From the NCBI RefSeq assembly GCF_006345805.1, contig NC_042998.1, positions 109,988,001 through 110,052,000 of the forward strand: a DNA stretch of 64,000 nt. The letters run 5' to 3'. Numbering within the stretch: position 1 is the stretch's first letter; each line of letters starts with the position of its first letter. The notes under the pieces were generated by a model. The model was not told the origin of the DNA and searched no databases. It saw nothing but the letters and a program-made list of their open reading frames with translations. Position numbers and translations under genes: made by a program. The stretch is from Octopus sinensis (lineage: Eukaryota). Shown piece after piece: positions 26,011 to 37,959 of the stretch.

Positions 26011-29000
26011 AACCTCAGCCACTCCCATTACCGCTCAAAGTTTCAGTCAAGAAAAACACAGTTGTATTTAAGTAAACACTGAGTTCACGATGAAATCTCC
26101 ACTTAGTTTTTCGACCTCTTAAAAAAAAAAAAAAAGAAGCTAAATTCCTCACAAAGCATACATGACGTTTCTTTAGATTATGTATTTCTGAATGCATTGC
26201 TTGAAAATTTAAAATGAGCACGACAGGAGATCTTTGATTATGTTTCAGTTGAGAAGAACTAAGCTGGACCTACACAAAAATAATTTTGAAACAATTTTAG
26301 ATGGTTGCAAACGTTACTAAAAATAACAGCCAAATTGTTTTGAAACCATACTTTACATCTTTCAAGACAGGACGAAATACACATTGGATAATCTAGCCTC
26401 GGATTGACTATATCAGTGATGTGTTTGTCTGGAGCGCTTTCATTATAAATCTAACCTGGGACAACAACGACGACGACTACGATGACGACGATGACGACAA
26501 CGGCAACCTAAAGGCATTTATATTTCGACAGTCTTCATATCTCAAAGCTTTGAATCTTTAGTATAGCCACAATAGCTTTGATAATGAGAAAATAGCAATT
26601 TTTAACCCTTTCCAGGTTCGTCTATCGGAATATATGCTACTGAACAGGAAAGAGTAAAAAAGAATAAATAAAAATAAAAACCTATCAACTAAAAACTGTT
26701 CATATTTATGTATATTCCATTCTTTTCTATGAGTTGAAAATAGTCTAGGGGTCTTTGTGGAAGGACTGATTACTTTCACGAAAGTCTGAAGAAGTTTAAT
26801 AAATTTATAGACTAGAGGTAAATGACTTTCTATACACGAAAGATACTGTGAGTTACTATGATATACTGTTGCAAATAAAATGAATTAGAGATGGAAAATG
26901 GAATTAGACGGTTTAATATGTGAAATAGACGTCTTATACGAGGAGAAGGTATTGGAGAATAGTCAGGGCAAGAAGGAGAGAAAGAGAGAGAGAGAGACGG
27001 AGAGAGAGAGAGAAGGAAGAGAAAGAGAGAGAAAGAGAGAGAAAGAGAGAGATAAGACGAAAAATGGATGAAGGGAGAGGGAAACAAAAGAAACCAGAGG
27101 TATAGCGGAATATGAATGAAGATGAATGGAGGAAGAGATAAGGAGAGAACGAGGGGGAGGGAACTGAAGCGGTGGTGAAAGAAATAAAGTTAACGTGATA
27201 TATAGAGAAAACGATAGGAATAAAAGAGAAGAAAAAGAAAAACAAGAAGAAGAAGAAGAAGAAGAAAAGAAGAAAATGTTATTGAACAACAGATGATGAA
27301 GGAAGAAAAATGAAATTGTAGCTGTAACAAAATACAGAAAGAAGAGATGAGAGCGAGCAAAAAGGAATCGAAGGGAAACTCAACAGACTTATTACTGCAT
27401 AGATTGTGAAAAAGCCAAATTTACCAAGAAACACGGCAAAAAAAGAAAGACAAGTACGCCAGGGAATAGATACTTTATGACAGTTTTAGTATTTCAATTT
27501 TACGAATATGATTCATATTCACTAGGAATTTCACTATGGAGATATTTTATTATTGAACTTTTTCTTCAATATTTTAGTTCTTTTACACTAAATAGTCACA
27601 GAACGAAGATTCTCTAATGCATGTGGGATTTGACAGAAGGAGAATCTATTTAACAATTAAAGTAGTTTAGCTTTTGTGTTAAAAGTAATCTCTTTACGTA
27701 TTAATAATTTTTTGTTTACTAATAAAGAGTAAAATTGGAAATTTGAGGTTGTTTGTGTCTAACTTGTTTCCCCTTTCCGTTTATAGTTATTACACAACGT
27801 TTTGGACTAAAACTTTTCTGAAGTGAATGCATGTTACAATATACTCGTTCTCACCTGTCTTTTAAATATGGATAATTAAACCTGAGCAAAAGAAATTAAT
27901 ATTTTATCAAAGGCCATTCAAACCTATATCTCAATGATCAGCAATACAACAGGTCTTCATCAAGTTTTGAAATAAAATATATGAAGTAAAATGGTTATAG
28001 CGTTATAGAAAAGTTTTTTTTATAAATGGGCTTAAGAGTATAAAATGGTAGGTTTGATTCCTGACAGTGTTGTTTCCAGGAATCAGACCCACAACTTTGT
28101 AGTCGTAAGCCTATTTTATTAACGTTTTGGTCTATACATTCGTCCACTTGTTATTTTCATTCCAAAACTTGATAAAAACCAGTGTCCTTCTGCAAGGTAA
28201 GAACAAAACTCTATATTTCACGCTTTCCCATCCGAAAATGAATGCCAGTTGAATGCTTGAAGCTTTCTTTCAGTATCTGTTTCTCTTTCTCTGACTCTCT
28301 ATCTTTCTCTTTCTCTCTCTCTAATAGCCCAAATCTCAACGTTTCGCTACGGCTAAGGTAGAAGGATCGAGAGTATTCGTCTGCTCCTGACCGTACAGGC
28401 ACGTAAAACAACTGGCGAAAGAGTGACGACCATGTTGTTGTTTTATATAGAATATTCTGATTCATAGACGGTTACTGGATCGTGAAACGTTGATAATGTT
28501 TACACCAGCTAAGTCGTTGTTATCGGAAAGGGTTTTGTACTGTTTCAATTTAACTACCAATTGGGAAAAGGCAATACAAACTCTGCATAATTTATCTGCG
28601 TCCGATCTGCTTAACTTTTAAGAAGCTTCAAATAAATACAAATTCTAGTGGGTCATGAAAATATAGTTTAAAACTAAGCAATTTATCGATAGTTTTTATT
28701 ACTTAACGATGAGGGAACAATATTATCCTTCTTGGATAACTGCAGTTAAATGTATAAACTATTCGTAGTATGAAAAGGAAAACAGTTTTTATCCGTAAGT
28801 GGATATGACACATGTTTTTAGCATTTAAAAAAATGTAGTCCTTGTGTTCTGTTCATATTTTATGAATGAAGGGATTAATTATTAAATTAGATTAATTATA
28901 TTAATTTCTGTTTTGAAGACAAACATGAATACTGTTAAATACCTTTATTTTATAATTCAACAGAGATAGAGCAGTCATCTATTTTATTGACAGAGGAAGT

Positions 29001-29493
29001 TGGAAAACGAGAACTACTCGTTAAAACCAGGTGTAATATTTTGAAGCAAGAATTTATGATAGAATTGTGAAAGAGAGTATAAAAGCAAAATGCTAGTTAT
29101 GCACTTGAAGAAATGGTGGATGATTTGATGCCACACTCGTCAGTAGCAAACCGTATGTGACAGGAGAAATATTTCTGTAAGAATGACTAAGTGACGTTGA
29201 GACACCTACTCTGACTACAAGGAAGTAAAGATAAGAAACAACTGTGTGAGAAGAATTTGCTTCTTTGAAAATAATTCTGAAGCCCTACTCATATAACAGC
29301 AAACTCTGTAAATTCGACTGCATTAGTTTTATGGGATATAGTACAGTCATACATTTAAGACATCCAATTGTTTTTGGAGTGATCGTCCATATCACCGAAA
29401 TCAATCGCAATCTTTCATATTTCAAAGCTGTAGAAGAATCAATAGACTATATCCTCACTTCTTAAAATTGTCATTCTTCTTTTGCAGACTGAA

Positions 29494-29530
<37 letters not shown>

Positions 29531-29580
29531 AATGTATGCATATAGATGCATATATGTATAGATTATTATTATTATTATAA

Positions 29581-29611
<31 letters not shown>

Positions 29612-30054
29612 TATTACTATTATTATCATTTATCATTGAATTACTTTTGAAACTGGTGTATAGAACATGCTATCTAAGTAATGAACTTAAACAAATAGCA
29701 AGTATTATTATCAAACCGCACAACATAGCTTTGAATTGGAGATTACAGTCCATTACTTCAATCACACTTTATTGAAAACAACGTTATTAGCTTTTAGAAT
29801 AACTTGTTGATTTTCGACAAATTAAAAAATATAAAAAAACATATTTACACATTTACATGCGTGTAACAATGATCATGTGCCAATATAATCACACTAACAC
29901 ACTCAACTTTATACAAACATGTGCATATGTCTTTGAAAAGCATGTTTCATATTTGCATGTATTTCTATGCTAAGGAAACGAGTTAGTGAGTCTGCGTATA
30001 TCTATAACAGTATAGAGCACACATACACAGTGTATGTGCTTCGCTAGTTATATT

Positions 30055-30142
<88 letters not shown>

Positions 30143-30172
30143 CATATATGTGTGTGTGTATATATGTATACG

Positions 30173-30216
<44 letters not shown>

Positions 30217-30248
30217 CATATATGTATGTATATATATATATATATATA

Positions 30249-30284
<36 letters not shown>

Positions 30285-30729
30285 ATATATACTTACTCGT
30301 TATTGAGACACTTACGCAAACATGAAATATACTTTTCAAAGACATAATTACAAGTGTTCTCTCTGAAAGGGAAGTGGTGTTAACATAGAGTGTTTGATTT
30401 AATATGTGCTTAATCGTAATATTAAAGACATTGAGAACAACAATAGACGTAGCTATACAATTACTAGACAAACATCATGTAAATATTTCTGTAAACATAG
30501 ATATTGCAAACTTTGCCTCATTAGTTTAATAATGGTTCTTCACACATAAATGTTGGTTGGTGGGACAGGTTCTGTCAAGTAAACCAATGACTATAACCGT
30601 ATACTACTGAGTGAGACTTATGCGCTAGAACGAAAGGTAATTGGTGTTGGCTGAATATGAACTTAGAATCTAATGAAACACGCATTTCATTTCCACCACC
30701 ATATATTGAATTGATAATAATAAACCAAC

Positions 30730-30893
30730 CATTCTACTATAGGCTTGAAAGTTTTTGAAGAAGAGCTAGTTGATTACATCAATCCCAGTGCTCAACTGGT
30801 ACTTTTTTATCGACCCTAAAAAGATGAAAGGTAATGTCGAACCCAGAAATGCCGCAAAGCATTTTTTCTCCAGCGTGCTAAGTGATCACCACC
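30730..30893 (-). mobile_element. Degenerate type A SINE
   Basis: cccagtgctcaactggtacttttttatcgaccctaaaaagatgaaagg. Confidence 0.75.
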
Positions 30894-32720
30894 AACATAT
30901 GTTGAGTTAATAATGATGATAAAAGTAGGGCGTCCATCTTAAGGAGGGAAAAGAGAGAACACAAGTCATTAATTTCATGTAATTTTTCAACTCCGGAAGG
31001 TTTAAAGGCGAAGCCGTTGAAATCGGTGTGTTTTGGATTTAGCACTTGAAAAAAAGTTCAAATAAACACATAACTCTCTTTCACAATCCACTAATTCTGC
31101 CTCTTTATGAAGGTGTTGTGTTTCTGGAAATATTATCGTAACGAGAAATTTATTAACTAATCATTTTAAAGTTTTAGACTGAAATGCTTTACGACGGAAG
31201 AAATGTATACAAGGACTCCTAGGATTAAAAATATCAACTTCTTAACTCAGAAAATGTGCATATATAAAAATATTTCAAGAGCAATAAATTTGGTAATTAC
31301 AATATCGTAGCACGGTACATAGTCACTACGAATAACGTTAACTGCTGAGTGACAGGAGTTACAGGGTGGAAGAGGGGTTAAATCTTTTGCCCTGTAGTTC
31401 ATCATTATTTTCAGTATCTGGTACAGAAGTGAACAACTTTAAATTTGCTTGACGTTTAGAGCATACAGTTTCTTTGTACAGCGTTACGTTTTTTCCCCCG
31501 TAATATTTGCTATTCAAACATGTAATGATGACCAAACGCACCGGTACTGGAGAAATTCGGAAATCATTTCAAATCAGGCGGATATTTTAAGCTAATCTAG
31601 CGACAAAACCAGAATATCAGTAGGGGCAGATTACAGGCAGTATTCAGAAAGTAGTCATAAGTTCCTTAAGTGCAAATTTCATTTACTCGAGTTTCCGTAA
31701 TGTAGGGGATGTCTGTATTATGCTAAAAATGATAAACAATACTTTTACTTCAATTTTTTATGCATTTCGAGATTGTTGTAAGTTGGCGTAAAAATTCTAG
31801 TTTCAATATATATTTTAAAAAGTTTCTGCTGTCTCATCTGCTCTCGGGTTCTAAGCCGAAAAGCTATAATAGAATAGAACTCATATATTTGGTTAGAATT
31901 ACATGTTTGAATGGTAAATATTACGAAATTATTTAACATTGTTGTTGTTATTTAGTCCCTTATAAGATCAAAGAAATCCTAGTTATGCTACTAGCATCAA
32001 TTTTGAAACATGCTTCGCAATAAATTAGAGCGATTTTTTCCCTTTTCCAAATAGTTGAGATCTCTACTGACAGGTCCAGTGACCAAATAGTTAGGTCTTC
32101 ATTTCATCGTGAGATTAAACGGTCTTTTTTAAATGTAATAAAATGAATAAAATTTTAGCTAATTATTAGTTGGTGATAAGGTTTGATGTTTAATGTTCAA
32201 ATTTTAGATGTGAACAACTCGACTGAAATGTAACATCAAAAAACATGTGACGTGCATAACAAACTGATAAATGAATAGCCTGTAACCTGCATGAATAAAG
32301 CAGTCATTATTATTTTAAGATACACAAGAATCTTCCGTATCCTTTGATAAGAAAATTAAAAACCTCGCAAAAATATATACAAGCATAAAGAAAAGTTTCA
32401 GCGAAATGAGGGAAAGAGTTCAATGCAACACAATCGTGACAAAAGGTGTACTGTGTTTTTTGTGACACTCAAAAAAAAAAAGAAAACTATTATAATGGAT
32501 TTGAACGAGGTTTGACAGAGAGCAGGCTGATATGATGAGCAAATCTAACGACCAAACAAAATGTAATCCTCTATTCATTTAGATGACCATCATGGTTATA
32601 ACCAAAAGAAAGTGATTTGCTCATACTGTTTATTTATTGGATGTTTTTAATTACTAAGAATCACTAAACGAAATATGTTTGCATTTTGTGTAAGGAGTGG
32701 CTATGTGGTAAGTAGCTTGC

Positions 32721-34907
32721 ATGTGCGAGTCAGTGTTGTGTTTGACACAGAAGCTGTAAAGACGTGTTTTTGAAGCCGTCTTAAATTGAATATTTTTGAA
32801 ACTCAGCTGTAAGGTAAGACATTTTTGAGTCTAGTGGGGGCCTGTTGTTTGCCGCAATGATTTTTTACAAACAGGTGGTCTTCACTGGATTCTAGTCTAC
32901 CTGCAGCTGAGAGAATATTTTTTCGCTTAATTGTGAAAATTATTGTTTTGGTGGGCGTATCCTGCCGCAAAATTTTGTTTGAGAATAGTGTTTGTCGAGG
33001 AATAACTCCGTGGGAATTTTTAGAAAAAATTTCAACAATATTGTTCCTGTCAAGGAGTACCTACGAGAAGAAATTTGGAATGATTTTTCAGTAATTAACT
33101 GTTTAACAATTGCGTTAAAATTTTGGCCTGGAGTACCGAGTGGTCTTTGCTGTGTTTTGAACTGTTGCTCTCTCTTCATCTATCTTTTATTTTGAAAAAA
33201 GAAACACTTTATTGAACTGTTAATGTTTTTCTCCATTCTTTTTGTTTGGGCTTTTTTCTCTTCCTTCTTTTTCCTTAATTATTTTGTATTTCAAGAAATG
33301 TATTAAAAAAAAAAAACCTTGCAATGAACAATGGAAAGCTGGTGGAGTGGGAAATTATACCACCCAAAAGATGGTTAAAACAACTTGAAAGTAAGACGGT
33401 AGTTTTGAGGACCCTCGACACCATTGCCGTTTTCAAAAAAAATAATCGAAAGAGAGCTGGCAGAATTTAAGCCAGCAATTTATCTCTCGTGGGGGAAGGG
33501 GCAAATATGCAACCGTGTGTTTGCTGTGTGACGCCCCAGAAATGGCTTGTGAAATTGCGAGCCAGCCCCTGGAAGGTAATGAAATTTTGTTTCTTCCCAC
33601 TTATTGTGGGAAATAGTTGACGAGGGCTTGGGTTTGCGGCTTGCCACCCAGAGTTTAGCCTGAGTGGATAGGCGATACTCTCCACCGGGGTCTGGGTTGC
33701 AGTAGCCCCAAGCTCCGCAGCATAAATATTCTGCCTGCGGCTGACTGGGAAGCATCAAAAGCTGTTTTAACTCTATGGACTCAGACAGCCGAAAGTTTGG
33801 TATTTCCAGACTTTTTGAAAATGGCCGGATCTAGGTATCCGGTGATGCTTGAGGGAGTCCCCCCCTAATGCCATTGGTGCCTGGAGCCTGGCCATATAAA
33901 AAAGAACTGTCTTCAAGAGCAAAACAAAGTCCTGGAGCGGTTGGCGAAGAACTCTGTAGAGGAGTGAATGAAGGCGGCCGAGGAGACAGAGGACTCTCCA
34001 AAGAAAAGTCGCAAAAGGAAGAAGGTGAGCAATAATGGGTGCACACCAAAGGATCTTGGGGATGGTGGAGGGGAGGCGAATATTCCCGGTCACGGAGGAG
34101 ACGCACCATCCCCCAGTCGAGAAGAAAAAACGAGGAAGCGGAGGAGAAACGGCAGTCGGAGACATGGTGCCGGAGTGACCCGGAGCCTCGTCGGTTGTGC
34201 CACTGGCGGTGGGAAGACACCATTGGCGGGAATTGTGCCGCTTACTGTTGAATTGATTACCTCGAACCCGGAGGAGAAAAAACTGTTAGTCTTCTTTTAT
34301 AGAAGTGGAGAGGGGGAAAAGGTGGTGGAAGAACACTACGAGAGAGTACCTTTGGCCTTCACACAAGAACCCGAATGGCTTCCGCAGATAGCTGTGAAGG
34401 TCATATGGTTGCGCGTGTTACATATGCTGGAGGGACTAAAAGAGGAATATCGTTCGTGGCCGGGTGACGCCGTTTCGGAGCCCGCCTTGATTTTGAAGCA
34501 AGCATAGGTGATGGTGGAGTACACGAGCACAAGCGATGATGAGGTAGAAATTTGACTAGAGGTTGAAAAGCCTCAGTGTTATAATGTGTAAGAGGCTCAG
34601 CGCCTCATTTGTAAATGGACTACTGTTGATTGTATATTGAATATTTTATTGTATCTTATTGTATGTAATTAATTGTAATGGAGTATCAAGTCCAATAATT
34701 GTAAAAACTGTAGTGAGAGGTTCATTACCATGTTTTTATTTCTGTTGGAAAAAAGAGGAATAATGTCTTAGAGAAGAAAAAATCGACGGTCGTTTTTGTC
34801 TTCTCCCATCAATATCATCCTTTTTTCATCATTCACTTCATCAATGTATGTGTCCAGCCCGCAAGCTACTCTTTGTAATGCCTTCTATGCCAAATCGTAA
34901 TGAAATA
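32721..34907 (+). mobile_element. L1/Tx1-like non-LTR element encoding only ORF1, with an 11-bp TSD (aagtagcttgc)
   Basis: TSD at 32710-32720 and 34908-34918; about 600-bp 5' leader; gag-like ORF with CCHC knuckle; about 350-400-bp 3' region with no EN or RT motif; A-rich end gaaataa. Confidence 0.85.
33324..34557 (+). pseudogene. Disrupted ORF1 (nucleic-acid-binding, CCHC zinc knuckle)
   Basis: MNNGKLVEWEIIPPKRWLKQLESKTVVLRTLD... through frameshifts and stops to CHWCLEPGHIKKNC (33869-33910), a K/R-rich segment, and the 33968-34507 ORF. Confidence 0.82.
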
Positions 34908-36004
34908 AAGTAGCTTGCTTACCAACCACATGGTTCCGGGCTCAATCACATTGCATGGCACCTTAGGTACGTGTATTCTACTATAGCCTCGGGCCGACCA
35001 AAACCTTGTGAGACGGAAACTTAAAGAAGCCCGTCGTATGTATGTATATATATATATGTATGTGTGTGTATATGTTTGTGCGTCTGTGCTTGTCGCCCCC
35101 CAACATCGCTTGACAACCGATGCTGGTGTGCTTACGTCCCCGGAACTTAGTGGTTCGGCAAAAGAGACCGATAGAATAAGTACTAGGCTTACAAAGAATA
35201 AGTACTGGGGTCGATTTGCTCGACTAAAGGTGGTGCTCCAGCATGGCCGCAGTCAAATGACTGAAACAAGTAAAAGAGTAAAAGAGTATCAAATAAAATA
35301 ACTAGATAACATATTTTACCAAATTAATTACTTGGTGTGTGTTTGTATGGGGCCGTTCGAGAAGAAGAGAACATTGTCGAGTAGCTGACATCATGATATA
35401 CTTCCAGTTTTCACTTGCAAATATTTTCTAAGCGCGCTGTGGAAAGGTATCGATAAAAGAGAGAACGACTAAGTTCTCCCCATTATTGTAATTTATCTAC
35501 CGCTTAAAAACATTAGAGGACATTTAAATCGTGTTATAATTACAGGGTTTATAAAGGGAAGTTATGACATCGACTTTTTTGTGCTCAAAGTAACTGCTGA
35601 TTGGGCAGTGCTCGAATGAAAATATTCGAATCATTTTTGAACCAGGGTTTATCTAGGATTGGCTTAATAAATCTTGCGTCCTCCTCTACTTTATTAAGGC
35701 TCCGTATTCTTCTCAGTTTGTATTTCGTGTATGTTTCATTGCTATTTCCAGCAAGTGAAGCAACGATGGAGAAGATTGTCTTAATTACTTCATGACAGTA
35801 GTTATAAGGCTTCAAAATAATTAAATGTCGAATGTGTACGAATAAGGTGCGGGCTACCGTCAATCGCGCACAAGTATATTTTATTAATATACCATGGTTT
35901 TGCTAGTTGTTTTAGATGCCTATGTAGTCGCGAGACCATATCACATTTGACCCTGTGCACCATCCAGGATAGATGAGGTATTTGGAGGAAGAGAGTGCTG
36001 CACC

Positions 36005-36150
36005 ATAGTTGGTACTCCTTTACAATTGATTAGACCGAAACAAAGTGAAACGAAGTGTTTTGCTCGAAGATACAAAGCACCGCTCGGTGCAGGAATCGAA
36101 CCGAAAACTTTATGTTCATAAGCTAAACACTCAAATCTCTAAGATCACGC
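36005..36150 (-). mobile_element. Degenerate tRNA-derived SINE, type C
   Basis: aagtgttttgctcgaagatacaaagcacc...ggaatcgaacc (reverse B box); same family as the 63205 and 63887 copies. Confidence 0.65.
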
Positions 36151-36839
36151 ATCATTTATCAGTCAATAAAAACGCTAATGCACTAACATACATATCTACA
36201 CACTTATCCTCTAAACTATATTTTACATAGACGTAAATAATTAAAGTTACTTTCCTCTTTAATATAACATTGGCACAGAGCCAATAATATTAAAATGGCG
36301 ATAATGTGGGATGTTAATCGATTCAGTGGACGTCGCTACTTGACTGGTACGTATTTTATTGATCTCGGTGGGATATGAAATCAGATTGTAAAGGGACATA
36401 ACCATATTCCCCAAAGCGTTTCCTCTATCGCTATACCAATTCGGATAACTATCGCTATGTTTTCTACTTAATGTAACAATTATCTAAGTGTATTCAAAAA
36501 TAAATGTCAAAAGCAAAGCGAACACTTGGGTACTTTTGAAAAACGGAACATAACTTACTAACCTTATTGAATTTGGCGCTAGATTTGTTAAGTAAAGCAG
36601 ATAGATTGTTTCTCCAACAATTAACTCCAGTTCTAGCGTGGAAATTATATTAGATATTGAAACATTTGATGCCCAGAAAACGGCATGGGCGTGTTTGGAG
36701 CGCTTTCGTCACAGATATATCCAACCAGAATTGCTCTTGTTGAGCTACACATCGTCAATGACAATTCGAAATATTTTAAAAGACCTGGACAGCTCAAAGG
36801 CCAGTCCTATCCGCGATGAAATAACTGAAGTGAGTGAAT

Positions 36840-36894
36840 AACAATATTAATAATAATAATGATGATAATGATGATAATAATTATAATGATGAGG

Positions 36895-36971
<77 letters not shown>

Positions 36972-37017
36972 GATAATAATGATAATGATGAGGATAATAA
37001 TAATAATAATAATAATA

Positions 37018-37055
<38 letters not shown>

Positions 37056-37610
37056 GTGTTATCATGTACATTGTTTTGTCTTGGTATAAAAGATGGGCTA
37101 AAATAAATATTCTGCTCAATACCACAGATTTGCTTGTCAGGTGTTTGACCTTAACCCTTAGTGGCTGACGATATGTGAATCTCTGATCACGAGCAGAAGT
37201 AGTGGGGGAGCATCATAGCCATGTGTTGAGAGGGATTCTTTGGGGTTTGAATAATTCACCTCTGGAAACATGGTTGGTTCTTTCAACATCCTTAAACAAC
37301 CCTTATTCAGGGACCTTTTGAGCGGGATGGGCTACTCAACCTGAAGAAAATTCTAACTGGGCCCCACCTGTTTATCTTGATATGAGATCACCGTGTCGCG
37401 CACATATGGTGTACCTTTATCAGACGGGTAGTCATGATGGGTATATTGGGCTTTGTATATTTTACCCCAGTGTCACTTTGATGGCATGAACTGTTCTCTC
37501 ACTCAATAATAATAATAATGATGATAATGATGATAAAAAGGATAATGATGAGGATAATAATAATAATAATAATAATAATGGTAATAATAATGATAATAAT
37601 AATAATAATA

Positions 37611-37642
<32 letters not shown>

Positions 37643-37685
37643 GATGATGATGATGATAATGATGATAATAATGATAATGATGAGG

Positions 37686-37743
<58 letters not shown>

Positions 37744-37813
37744 TGATGATGATGATAATGATGATAATAATGATAATGATGATGATAATGATGATAATAA
37801 TGATAATGATGAG

Positions 37814-37848
<35 letters not shown>

Positions 37849-37957
37849 TGATAATGATGATAATGATAATGATGAGGATAATGATAATAATAATAATAAT
37901 AATAATAATAATATAATAATAATAATAATAATAATATAATAATAATAATAATAATAA
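36840..37957. repeat. (AAT)n/(GAT)n tracts flanking a dispersed repeat
   Basis: Tracts at 36840-37052 and 37505-37957. Confidence 0.95.
37055..37505 (+). mobile_element. Non-coding, roughly 550-bp dispersed repeat inserted in (TAA)n (this copy partly deleted)
   Basis: Collinear with 59618-60170 and with the reverse copy at 60262-60778; sense strand not established. Confidence 0.85.
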
Positions 37958-37959
37958 TG

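Larger units (their letters stand above)
32691..35295 (+). mobile_element. tRNA-derived SINE, type B (CORE-like), split in its head by a 2.19-kb insertion
   Basis: Head ggagtggctatgtggtaagtagcttgc at 32694-32720 resumes as aagtagcttgcttaccaaccacatggttccggg at 34908. The intact copy at 57297-57710 shows these as contiguous. Confidence 0.9.

Noticed and set aside
28080-28196. AG/GT-bounded 117-nt segment with a strong gtaaga donor
   Set aside because: Stops in all three frames; could only be a non-coding exon and nothing else supports it
28211-28465. Minus-strand 84-aa ORF ending HSTGIHFRMGKREI, resembling a neuropeptide precursor
   Set aside because: No signal peptide; the charged middle is a (GA)n-type repeat; no usable acceptor; the peptide matches no family I know
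28336-28492. tcaacgtttcgc / gtgaaacgttga inverted pair as hammerheads
   Set aside because: The core and stem I cannot be completed on either strand
33467-34223. Several overlapping minus-strand ORFs
   Set aside because: Antisense to the GC-richer ORF1 of the L1/Tx1-like element
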